DNA from: an uncultured Hyphomicrobiaceae bacterium
GTDB taxonomy: Bacteria > Pseudomonadota > Alphaproteobacteria > Rhizobiales > Rhodomicrobiaceae
Length of the DNA stretch: 64,000 bases
Assembly: GCA_964346065.1 (NCBI GenBank)
Contig: CAYFTI010000001.1
Location: forward strand, 241-64,240
Direction of reading: 5' to 3'
The notes under the pieces were generated by a model that did no database searches, had not been told where the DNA came from, and saw only the letters and a list, made by a program, of their open reading frames with translations. Shown here piece by piece: positions 56,289 to 63,989 of the stretch; the stretch's first letter is position 1, and each line of letters begins with the position of its first letter. The position numbers were made by a program, and so were the translations under genes.

Positions 56289-56744
56289 GTGTCTTACGTC
56301 ACCTTCATCACATTCTGCCTGATCGTTATGGTCGCAGCCTCCCCGGGCGCGTTGTTCAAGCCGGGTGAATGGTATCGCAACCTGCGCAAGCCGCCCTGGA
56401 CGCCGCCGGACTGGGCGTTTCCCGTGGTTTGGTCCGCGCTTTATTTCATGATGGCAGTTGCGGGCTACCTGGTCTGGATGGCCGACCCGATGTCGCCAGC
56501 AATGGGCTTCTGGGCGTTGCAGATCATCCTGAACGGCGCATGGTCGTGGCTGTTTTTTGGCCGGCGCGACATGGTCACCGCCCTCGCCGATATCGGGGGA
56601 ATGTGGCTTGGCATCGTCGGGTTCATCATCTTGGCATGGCCGCTGTCCCCGCTGGCGTCGCTGCTGTTCGTGCCCTACCTGCTGTGGGTCAGCCTTGCGA
56701 GCGCGCTGAACTTCCGGGTCTGGCAGCTTAATGCGAATGCGTGA
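56289..56744 (+). CDS. tspO: TspO/MBR tryptophan-rich sensory protein (copy 2)
   Basis: 151 aa. Motifs PPDWAFPVVWSALY, LNGAWSWLFF and VPYLLWVSLA. Inserted between bchD and bchO. Confidence 0.85.
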   Translation: MSYVTFITFCLIVMVAASPGALFKPGEWYRNLRKPPWTPPDWAFPVVWSALYFMMAVAGYLVWMADPMSPAMGFWALQIILNGAWSWLFFGRRDMVTALADIGGMWLGIVGFIILAWPLSPLASLLFVPYLLWVSLASALNFRVWQLNANA

Positions 56745-57655
56745 GCGCCAAGCCCATGCCCCGAAGCCGGCCCATGAGTGAAGGTCTGGATTGGGCACGC
56801 GACGGCGCGGACTGGCCCAACCGCGATTGTAGCGGCTTCGTCGAGGCAGGCAACATCACGTGGCATGTCCAGCAAATGGGCAGCGGACCGGTCGCCCTGC
56901 TGATCCACGGAACGGGTGCCTCGACCCATTCCTGGCGCGACCTCGCGCCGCGACTGGCCGAGCATTTCACCGTCATTGCGCCCGATCTTCCCGGCCACGC
57001 ATTTACCGAACGCCCGAAAGCAAGCAAGCTTTCGCTGACCAACATGTCGCGGCTGGTCTGTGAACTCGTGCGGGCGCTCGATGTGCAGCCCGCAATCGTG
57101 GTGGGACATTCCGCCGGAGCCGCCGTCGCCCTGCGCTTGGCGCTGGACAAATGCATCGCACCGGCCGCCATTGTCAGCCTGAACGGTGCGCTGTTCCCGT
57201 TCTCCGGGGTGGCGCGGCACGTATTCCCGCCTGTGGCCCGGCTGATGCTGCTTAACCCGTTCACCCCGCGGATCTTTACGGCACAGGCCGAAAGCCCGCA
57301 GCGCGTCGAACGGCTGATCGAGAACACCGGCTCGCGGATCGACGCGACGGGTCTTGCGCTCTATAAACGTTTATTCCGCCAGCCGGGACACGTGCTGGGA
57401 GCCCTCGGCATGATGGCCAACTGGGACCTGAAGCCGCTACAGGAGGCGATGAACCAGATCGAGACACCCGTCGTTCTTATTGCAGCAGACGAGGACAGCG
57501 CGATCCCGCCCTCGAACTCCATGCGCGCGCGGGACCGGCTGCCCAATGCAAGAGTAGTCTATTTGCGCGGGCTGGGGCACCTCGCCCACGAGGAAGCCCC
57601 TGATCAGACTGCCGAGATCATCGAACAGACCGCTCGTGAAAACGGGGTGTTTTAG
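56741..57655 (+). CDS. bchO: alpha/beta hydrolase BchO (Mg-chelatase accessory protein)
   Basis: 304 aa. GTGA overlap with tspO2. LLIHGTGASTHSWRDLAP, GHSAGAAV elbow. Position after bchI and bchD. Confidence 0.85.
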   Translation: MSAKPMPRSRPMSEGLDWARDGADWPNRDCSGFVEAGNITWHVQQMGSGPVALLIHGTGASTHSWRDLAPRLAEHFTVIAPDLPGHAFTERPKASKLSLTNMSRLVCELVRALDVQPAIVVGHSAGAAVALRLALDKCIAPAAIVSLNGALFPFSGVARHVFPPVARLMLLNPFTPRIFTAQAESPQRVERLIENTGSRIDATGLALYKRLFRQPGHVLGALGMMANWDLKPLQEAMNQIETPVVLIAADEDSAIPPSNSMRARDRLPNARVVYLRGLGHLAHEEAPDQTAEIIEQTARENGVF

Positions 57656-57774
57656 CCAGACAAGCCGTCGCGACCGGCCTCGACGTTCCCGATTTTTGCC
57701 GCCCCCGACATGAATGATCTGGCAGGGCGCAGCCGTTTATTCTAGAACCGGCACAAAACAGGCACTGGAATATC

Positions 57775-59085
57775 ATGCACGGCAGACAGTTTCCGCCCGA
57801 TCATCCGCATCGGCAAGCCCTCAACAATGAAGTGCACGCGCGTCCGCCGGAAGAGCTCGTCGCGCCGACACGGCTTTCCTTTCTCGCGCTAACCGTCGAT
57901 GGCGAGCAACGCCAGCGCAATTTCGACCTCATGTGCGAACTGGCACAATCCTTTGGCGTCCCGGCGCCTGAAGTCGGCAGCGATCATTACAGCCGCGACA
58001 TGGGCCGCTTCCGCCTGAAATGGGAGCAGCACACCGAGTTCATGCGCTTCAAGTTCATCGTGCCGGGCGAGGAGAGCGCACCCTTTGCCGAGCCTGCGAT
58101 CCGGGAGGTCCCGCCTGACTGGCTCGCGCGGCTGGAGGGCGGCGTCTTGATCACTACCCATGTGGTGTTCCTGCCGGGCAGCGAGACGCCCATGAGCCAT
58201 GATCGTATTTCCGCGGAGATGTTCGGCGGCAATCCTCTGGTCGGGTCGACGATTGGCAGTGGCGTCGGACGGGCTTTCACCGATTTCCGCCTGCAGCCCG
58301 ATGGGTTCAACCGGCTGTACGTCGAGGATCACGGCTTCACCAAGCGCCAGGCTGGCCGGACCGTGCAACGGCTTCTGGAAATCGACACCTATCGGATGCT
58401 GGCCCTGCTGACCTTCCCGCTGGCCAAGGAGCTGGCGCCGGAACTGAGCGCCGGCGAGCAACGCCTGGTGGAGATCACGACCGCCCTGATCTCGGCAACT
58501 AGGACCGATGAACCGGAACTGCTCGACCGGCTGACCAAGTTGCAGGCCGAAATCACCAGCCGGCGCGCCGACAACGACTACCGCTTCACTGCGGCGCAAG
58601 CCTATTACACCCTCGTGCAGAGCCGCATCCGCGAACTGCGTGAACAGCGCATCCCCGGCCTCCAGACCTTCGAGGAGTTCGTCGGCCGCCGGCTCTCGCC
58701 CGCAATCAACACCTGTCAGACCGTAGCCGAGCGCCAGGCCTCGCTGTCGGACAAGGTGGCGCAGGCGACCCAGCTGCTGTCGACGCGCGTCGATATCGAC
58801 CGCCAGACGCAGAACCAGTCACTGCTGGAGTCGATGGACCGGCGGGCCAAAATGCAGCTCATGCTCCAGCAGACAGTCGAAGGGCTGTCAGTGGCGGCAA
58901 TCAGCTACTACCTCGTCAGCCTGATCGGTTACGCTGCCGAAGGCATCTTTGACGGGGTCGGGATAACCGCCAGTCCCGAGATCGTCATGGCTGTGAGCAT
59001 TCCCATTGTCGTGATCGCTGTCTGGTCAGTGGCGCGGCGGGCGCGAAAAGCGATCGGAAAGTCGCAGCGCATTGAACATCTGTAG
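57775..59085 (+). CDS. DUF3422-like membrane-anchored protein
   Basis: 436 aa. N-terminus HPHRQALNNEVHARP resembles DUF3422/COG4949 as I remember it. Long helical middle and two C-terminal TM helices. Confidence 0.7.
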   Translation: MHGRQFPPDHPHRQALNNEVHARPPEELVAPTRLSFLALTVDGEQRQRNFDLMCELAQSFGVPAPEVGSDHYSRDMGRFRLKWEQHTEFMRFKFIVPGEESAPFAEPAIREVPPDWLARLEGGVLITTHVVFLPGSETPMSHDRISAEMFGGNPLVGSTIGSGVGRAFTDFRLQPDGFNRLYVEDHGFTKRQAGRTVQRLLEIDTYRMLALLTFPLAKELAPELSAGEQRLVEITTALISATRTDEPELLDRLTKLQAEITSRRADNDYRFTAAQAYYTLVQSRIRELREQRIPGLQTFEEFVGRRLSPAINTCQTVAERQASLSDKVAQATQLLSTRVDIDRQTQNQSLLESMDRRAKMQLMLQQTVEGLSVAAISYYLVSLIGYAAEGIFDGVGITASPEIVMAVSIPIVVIAVWSVARRARKAIGKSQRIEHL

Positions 59086-59103
59086 GCCGCGCGGGAGGCG
59101 GGC

Positions 59104-59241
59104 ATGGGAGAGTTAATTCTGAAATACGAATGGGCGATCGTCTTTCTCGGCGTGATCGCCTATGGGCTGTGGGAACTGTACGCGCTTCGCAGGGACAAGC
59201 GCCGCTCTGCAAAGCGGAACAGGGCGGACGGCAGCGAGTGA
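59104..59241 (+). CDS. possible 45-aa single-TM protein (below the ORF-track cutoff)
   Basis: My translation is MGELILKYEWAIVFLGVIAYGLWELYALRRDKRRSAKRNRADGSE. GGGAGG is about 7 nt upstream of the ATG, and the ORF starts 18 nt after the DUF3422 stop. Confidence 0.3.
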   Translation: MGELILKYEWAIVFLGVIAYGLWELYALRRDKRRSAKRNRADGSE

Positions 59242-59243
59242 AA

Positions 59244-60173
59244 TCACCAGATCTGGCGCGGCATACGGTAAGGCAGCATCAGCCGCACGATCGGCGAGCT
59301 GAAGCGGTCGAGATGCAGCGACTCGTGCATCGCTGTGACGGGCTGGCCCAACAGCCTCGAGGCCACCAGCGACCGCGCATAGAATGGCGAATCCTCCAGC
59401 GTCTTGATGACCCGCGCCGCGCCGTCCTCCGACTGGGTGCTCCGCGGCATGGTCCAGCCGGTGCGTGGCAGGCGGACTGAAGGCGGCACCGCGATCTCCT
59501 GTACCTCGCCGTGCGGATCGAACACCAGAGCCAGCGAGCGCCGACCGCCATCGCGCATGGTCACGTCGTACAGCACGGCTGTGTCGGCGCCGACGCCCGC
59601 GCGCGACCAGTCCCAATAGCGGAACCCGGCTTCCAGTGACTCGGTTCCGACGTTCATGTCGAGATACGCGGCCCCCGACCACTGAAGGCTCGGCTTGTCG
59701 AGGGCAACCTCGATACGCGAAACCGGCGAGAGCGGCGACCAGGCATGGCGCCGATTCTCATCAAGGAGGAACGTCTTGCCGGTCAGCGTGCTGGGATAAA
59801 GCGTGACAGTGCCACGGATTCGGCCGGGGGTTGGCACGGTCGGCTCGTCGATGCGAACGCGCAGACGCGTGCCGTTCCAATCCAGCGTGCTGCGCCGCAG
59901 GACGAATTCGTTCTCGCTGCGGCTTATGTGATCCCTGCGCCGCTCGGTCATGGCCCAACGGTGCCCGCTCTTGCCGTACAGCGCGACGTTCAGGGCGCAG
60001 TGATTGAGCGGGTCGCGCCGCCCGGCCCAGGCATAATAAGGTGAGAACACACTTCCGATGAAAGCGATGATCGTGATGCCGTGCTGGCCGTCATCGCTCA
60101 ACGCGTCGAGATACCACCAGGCGTAACCGCCGGGCGTGACCGGCCGGTCGAATCGGAGTCCACCAGGATGCAA
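59244..60173 (-). CDS. crtC: acyclic carotenoid 1,2-hydratase (hydroxyneurosporene synthase) CrtC
   Basis: Part of track ORF 59244..61166. The conserved N-terminal block RFDRPVTPGGYAWWYLDALSDDGQHGITIIAFIGSVFSPYY is present. There is no in-frame ATG; TTG candidates are at 60173 and 60272. The start is uncertain. Confidence 0.8.
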   Translation of the reverse strand: MHPGGLRFDRPVTPGGYAWWYLDALSDDGQHGITIIAFIGSVFSPYYAWAGRRDPLNHCALNVALYGKSGHRWAMTERRRDHISRSENEFVLRRSTLDWNGTRLRVRIDEPTVPTPGRIRGTVTLYPSTLTGKTFLLDENRRHAWSPLSPVSRIEVALDKPSLQWSGAAYLDMNVGTESLEAGFRYWDWSRAGVGADTAVLYDVTMRDGGRRSLALVFDPHGEVQEIAVPPSVRLPRTGWTMPRSTQSEDGAARVIKTLEDSPFYARSLVASRLLGQPVTAMHESLHLDRFSSPIVRLMLPYRMPRQIW

Positions 60174-61639
60174 TTCGCTGCCATCCGGCCCGACATTGCG
60201 ACCATCGGCACCCCGGGCCCAGGATGCACGCTGCCCCCCGCCAGATAGAGGCCGGGTATCCTCGTCCGGCAACCGGGCCGATTGAAGGACGCCCGCCAGC
60301 CGTGCGAGACGGCGCCATAGATCGCCCCGCCCGTGCCCGGAAACCGGTTCTCGAAATCCGCCGGGGTCGATACGGCGATCGCCTCGGGTTCGCTGCGAAC
60401 GCTCAGCCCGCAGCGGCCCAGCAGGGAAAAGGTCCGCTCCTTGCACTGGTCTATTTCCTCTTTGCTCATTGTATGTCGGTCGCCGATGGGCGGCCCGTTG
60501 ATGATGCAGAAGAGACGTTCGCCACCGTGTCCATTCATGCATGCGTTGTCGTCGCGATCCTGCGCGCAGACATAGGCGGTTGGCTCGGCAGGCGGGCGGG
60601 CGCGCCCGAAGATGTCCTCGAACTCGGCCTTGTAGTTTCGCGAAAAGAATACGTTGTGGCGCACGAGCGGAAAGCCGTCGGTTTGGGCCAGCATCGACCA
60701 TGTGATGGCCGAAAGGGACCGCCGCGTCACCGGCACCCGCGGCGCGGCGGATGATACGTCGCGCCCGAAGGCACCGCGCGCCAAAGCGCCGCTGTCCGCA
60801 TTGGCCACCACCCGCCCGGCTTGCAGCCGTTCGCCGGAGGCCAGCGCCACACCGGCCGCGCGGCCGCGCGCGACGATGATTTCCTCGACCTCCTCGCTGA
60901 AACGGAATTCCGCGCCATGCCGCTCCGCCGCTGTTTTCAGCGCCTCGGCCAGTCGCGCCATGCCGCCCTCGATCATCCACACGCCATCCAATTCGACATG
61001 CGCGATGAGCATGAGCGTTGCCGGCGCACGAAACGGCGAGGACCCGCAATAGGTGGCGTAACGCCCGAACAACTGACGCAGACGCTCGTCGTGAAAATAT
61101 TTGCCGAGTGCTTTCCACAGCGAGACATACGGGTTCAGCCGTAGAAGGTCGTTCGCCTTGCCCCACCCGATCCGCTTGATCATGCCCGGAAAGCTGGGCT
61201 CCGGCTGTTGGATGAACGGTTTATCAAGCGTGCGGTAGATCCGGGTCGCCTCGGCACAGAACGCCTGATAGCGGCGCGCCTCGGCCGCACCGGCGAACTC
61301 TCCGATGGCTTCGACCGAACGCGCGTGATCGGCGAACAGATCCAGGCGTTCCCGCTCACTCCACGCGTGACGCGCGAGAATGCCCGCTGGTCTCATCGTG
61401 ACGTACGCACTCAGGTCTTCGCCGGCATCCGCGAAAACGTCCTCGAAGACGCGACGCATCGTGAACACGGTCGGTCCGCAATCGATCCTGGCATTGCCCA
61501 CAGCGACCTCCGCGAGCTTGCCGCCAGCCCGCTCTGACCGCTCCACCACCGTGACCGGCCGTCCACGCGAAGCCAGCGTCAGCGCCGCGACGAGCCCACC
61601 GACCCCGGCTCCGATGATGACAACGTGATCCGCGCTCAC
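60098..61639 (-). CDS. crtD: 1-hydroxycarotenoid 3,4-desaturase (methoxyneurosporene dehydrogenase) CrtD
   Basis: Track ORF 60098..61708. FAD fold VVIIGAGVGGLVAAL. The GTG at 61639 is preceded by GGAGGGA. Phytoene-desaturase family, in crtC-crtD order. Confidence 0.85.
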   Translation of the reverse strand: MSADHVVIIGAGVGGLVAALTLASRGRPVTVVERSERAGGKLAEVAVGNARIDCGPTVFTMRRVFEDVFADAGEDLSAYVTMRPAGILARHAWSERERLDLFADHARSVEAIGEFAGAAEARRYQAFCAEATRIYRTLDKPFIQQPEPSFPGMIKRIGWGKANDLLRLNPYVSLWKALGKYFHDERLRQLFGRYATYCGSSPFRAPATLMLIAHVELDGVWMIEGGMARLAEALKTAAERHGAEFRFSEEVEEIIVARGRAAGVALASGERLQAGRVVANADSGALARGAFGRDVSSAAPRVPVTRRSLSAITWSMLAQTDGFPLVRHNVFFSRNYKAEFEDIFGRARPPAEPTAYVCAQDRDDNACMNGHGGERLFCIINGPPIGDRHTMSKEEIDQCKERTFSLLGRCGLSVRSEPEAIAVSTPADFENRFPGTGGAIYGAVSHGWRASFNRPGCRTRIPGLYLAGGSVHPGPGVPMVAMSGRMAANCILVDSDSTGRSRPAVTPGGISTR

Positions 61640-61663
61640 GGCAACATCCCTCCAACTGTCTGC

Positions 61664-61681
61664 TGTCAATCTAACATGACA
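61664..61681. promoter_or_regulatory. PpsR/CrtJ palindrome TGT-N12-ACA (TGTCAATCTAACATGACA)
   Basis: Perfect motif in the divergent crtD/crtF gap. Confidence 0.65.
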
Positions 61682-61689
61682 GAAAAAAG

Positions 61690-61707
61690 TGACAATCTGA
61701 AATGACA
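61690..61707. promoter_or_regulatory. second, imperfect PpsR-type site TGA-N12-ACA (TGACAATCTGAAATGACA)
   Basis: Lies exactly 8 bp after the first site and shares the CAATCT..ATGACA core. One mismatch. Confidence 0.45.
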
Positions 61708-61753
61708 CTCATATGCTCAGCGTGATGACCGCCGCTTCGAAACGGGACAGACC

Positions 61754-62929
61754 GTGCAGGCCCACGGCAACACCAACGACAGCCTAACAAACGGCACCGA
61801 CCGGAACGAGCAGCGACCGCGCTCTTGGCGGCGACGTATCGTCCGCTGGCGCAACCGTCTGGTTGCCAGCCGGCGCTTTCAGCGCTGGGCCGCGTCCTTC
61901 CCCCTCACACGGCCGGTGGCACGTCAGCGCGCGTCCCGCCTCTTCGATCTTTGCGCTGGCTTCGCCTATTCGCAGATCCTCTATGCCTGCGTGCGGCTCA
62001 AGCTGCTGGAACTGGTGCGGGATGAGCCATGCTCTGTCGCCCAGGCCGCGCAGGCGTTGTCGCTGCCGGTCGACGGTGCACGGCGCTTGCTGGCCGGCGC
62101 TGCAGCCCTTGGCCTGGTGGAGCCGGAAAACGACGGCCGCTACGGCCTGGCAATGGACGGCGCCGCACTTCTCGGCAACCCCGGCGCGGTCGCCATGATC
62201 GCGCATCACCCGCACTTCTACGACGACATGCGCGATCCTGTGGCCCTCCTTCGCGGCGAAGTGACGGACACGGCCCTATCGCGCTTCTGGGGGTATGCAG
62301 GCGATGATGACCCCTCGGCGCTTCGCCCCGATGACACGAGCGAGTACACGGCGTTGATGGCCGCCTCGCAGTCCCTGATCGCCGAAGATATTCTCGACGG
62401 GGCCAACCTGTCACATCACCGCTGCCTGATGGATGTGGGCGGCGGGGATGGCACTTTCGTCGAGGCGGTCGCGGCCCGTGAACCAAACCTCCGACTGATG
62501 CTGTTCGACCTTCCAGCCGTGGCCGAACAGGCGGCGCGGCGCATACAGAACGCCGAACTGAGCAAGCGAGTCGAAATCCACGGCGGAGACTTCTTTACCG
62601 CGCCCCTGCCCACAGGCGCGGACGCGATCTCGCTCGTGCGGGTGTTGCTCGATCACGACGATGCGCGGGCCCTGACCATTCTTTGCCAGACCCGCGAAGC
62701 GCTACCGCCCGGCGGGACCCTGCTCGTCGCCGAAACCCTGTCCGGCGTTCGCGGCGCGGAAACGGTCAGTGACGCCTATTTCGGCTTTTACCTTCTTGCC
62801 ATGGGCAAAGGCCGCCCGCGCAGTGTCGCCGAGATGCGGACGCTACTGCGTAAGGCCGGCTTCCGGGAGATTCGCCTGAAGCGCACGCGCCGCCCGCTCC
62901 TGACCCAGCTTGTTACAGCACGTCGATGA
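61754..62929 (+). CDS. crtF: hydroxyneurosporene/demethylspheroidene O-methyltransferase CrtF
   Basis: 391 aa. Class-I SAM O-methyltransferase (LMDVGGGDGTF) with a dimerisation N-domain. Located directly before bchC. The GTG start is uncertain. Confidence 0.85.
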   Translation: MQAHGNTNDSLTNGTDRNEQRPRSWRRRIVRWRNRLVASRRFQRWAASFPLTRPVARQRASRLFDLCAGFAYSQILYACVRLKLLELVRDEPCSVAQAAQALSLPVDGARRLLAGAAALGLVEPENDGRYGLAMDGAALLGNPGAVAMIAHHPHFYDDMRDPVALLRGEVTDTALSRFWGYAGDDDPSALRPDDTSEYTALMAASQSLIAEDILDGANLSHHRCLMDVGGGDGTFVEAVAAREPNLRLMLFDLPAVAEQAARRIQNAELSKRVEIHGGDFFTAPLPTGADAISLVRVLLDHDDARALTILCQTREALPPGGTLLVAETLSGVRGAETVSDAYFGFYLLAMGKGRPRSVAEMRTLLRKAGFREIRLKRTRRPLLTQLVTARR

Positions 62930-62957
62930 AAAAATGGGCAGCGTCGCCGAAACGACC

Positions 62958-62975
62958 TGTAAAACAAACTTGACA
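62958..62975. promoter_or_regulatory. PpsR/CrtJ palindrome TGT-N12-ACA (TGTAAAACAAACTTGACA) overlapping a TTGACA -35
   Basis: Perfect motif in the crtF-bchC gap. Confidence 0.7.
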
Positions 62976-62997
62976 TTCCAACCAGTAAATTTAGACT
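62970..62997 (+). promoter_or_regulatory. candidate sigma-70 promoter for bchC: TTGACA-N16-TAGACT
   Basis: Read directly. Both hexamers are covered by the two PpsR-type sites. Confidence 0.4.
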
Positions 62998-63001
62998 GAC
63001 A
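62984..63001. promoter_or_regulatory. second, imperfect PpsR-type site AGT-N12-ACA
   Basis: AGTAAATTTAGACTGACA lies exactly 8 bp after the first palindrome and covers the candidate -10. Confidence 0.45.
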
Positions 63002-63039
63002 CTAACGCAAGCGTGGACAGGGAGCCCGAGGGCACCGGC

Positions 63040-63987
63040 ATGACGTCCCAACTCAATACCACTGCTGTCGTTCTGGAGCGGCCGGAGAAAATAAAGCTCG
63101 ATGAGCTGGCGTTGCCGCCGGTGGGCGAAGACGAGATCGTCGTCGATATTGCCTGGAGCGGCATCAGCACCGGAACGGAAAAGCTGCTCTGGAGCGGTCG
63201 CATGCCGCACTTCCCCGGCATGGGGTATCCGCTTGTTCCAGGCTACGAATCCGTTGGCCGCGTCCGCGAAGCGGGCCTCCATTCGGGCCGCACACGGGGC
63301 GAAATGGTCTTTGTCCCCGGTGCGCGCTGCTTCGGAGAGGTCCGTGGGCTGTTTGGCGGCGCCGCCTCACGTGTCGTGGTGCAGGGCAGCCGAGTCGCCC
63401 CGATTCCCGAGACGATGGGCGAGCAGGGTATCCTTCTGGCGCTGGCCGCCACCGCCTACCACGCGCTGGTCATGCGAGCCGGCCAAGGCAGCACGCTCAT
63501 CATCGGTCACGGTGTCCTCGGGCGGCTTCTTGCCCGGATGTCATGCGCGCTTGACACGGAGCCGCCAACCGTCTGGGAAACAAATCCGGACCGGGCCGAT
63601 GGCGCTGTCGGCTATCAGGTTATCGATCCCGCAAGCGACGAACGGCGCGACTACGCGACGATCTTCGATGTCAGCGGCGACCCGGAAATTCTGGACAGCC
63701 TTATCGCAAGGCTGTCTCCGCGTGGCGAAGTCATCCTTGCCGGCTTTTACAGCGAGCGGCTGTCCTTCGCCTTCCCCCCGGCGTTCATGCGTGAAGCCGT
63801 GATCAAGATCGCGGCGGAATGGAAGCCGGACGACCTCACGGCGGTTTGCAATCTCATCCAAGCCGGACGCCTGGGACTCGATGGCCTCATCTCGCACCGC
63901 GAACGTGCGGCGCGGGCCACCGAGGCCTACCAGACCGCCTTCAATGATCCCGCCTGTCTGAAAATGATCCTCGACTGGAGAGCGTGA
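63040..63987 (+). CDS. bchC: bacteriochlorophyllide a dehydrogenase BchC
   Basis: Track ORF 63013..63987. Medium-chain dehydrogenase fold (GHGVLGRL). Position after crtF. ATG at 63040. Confidence 0.9.
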   Translation: MTSQLNTTAVVLERPEKIKLDELALPPVGEDEIVVDIAWSGISTGTEKLLWSGRMPHFPGMGYPLVPGYESVGRVREAGLHSGRTRGEMVFVPGARCFGEVRGLFGGAASRVVVQGSRVAPIPETMGEQGILLALAATAYHALVMRAGQGSTLIIGHGVLGRLLARMSCALDTEPPTVWETNPDRADGAVGYQVIDPASDERRDYATIFDVSGDPEILDSLIARLSPRGEVILAGFYSERLSFAFPPAFMREAVIKIAAEWKPDDLTAVCNLIQAGRLGLDGLISHRERAARATEAYQTAFNDPACLKMILDWRA

Positions 63988-63989
63988 TA

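Noticed and set aside
49351-56798. Minus-strand ORFs of 492, 285, 599, 298 and 332 aa antisense to acsF, puhE, hemA, bchI and bchD/tspO2
   Set aside because: These are the same GC-driven shadow ORF artefact.
57666-57697. Possible intrinsic terminator after bchO (CGTCG..CGACG followed by a T5 run)
   Set aside because: The stem is only 5 bp with a 10-nt loop, and the T-run is displaced. This is too weak to call.
60099-60101. TTG start for crtC coupled to the crtD stop (TTGA)
   Set aside because: It would delete the conserved RFDRPVTPGGYAWWY N-terminal block encoded upstream in the same frame.
62934-62999. 21-codon ORF in the crtF-bchC gap (pufQ-like idea)
   Set aside because: It is too short and lies across the PpsR operators and the candidate promoter. 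It has no SD.
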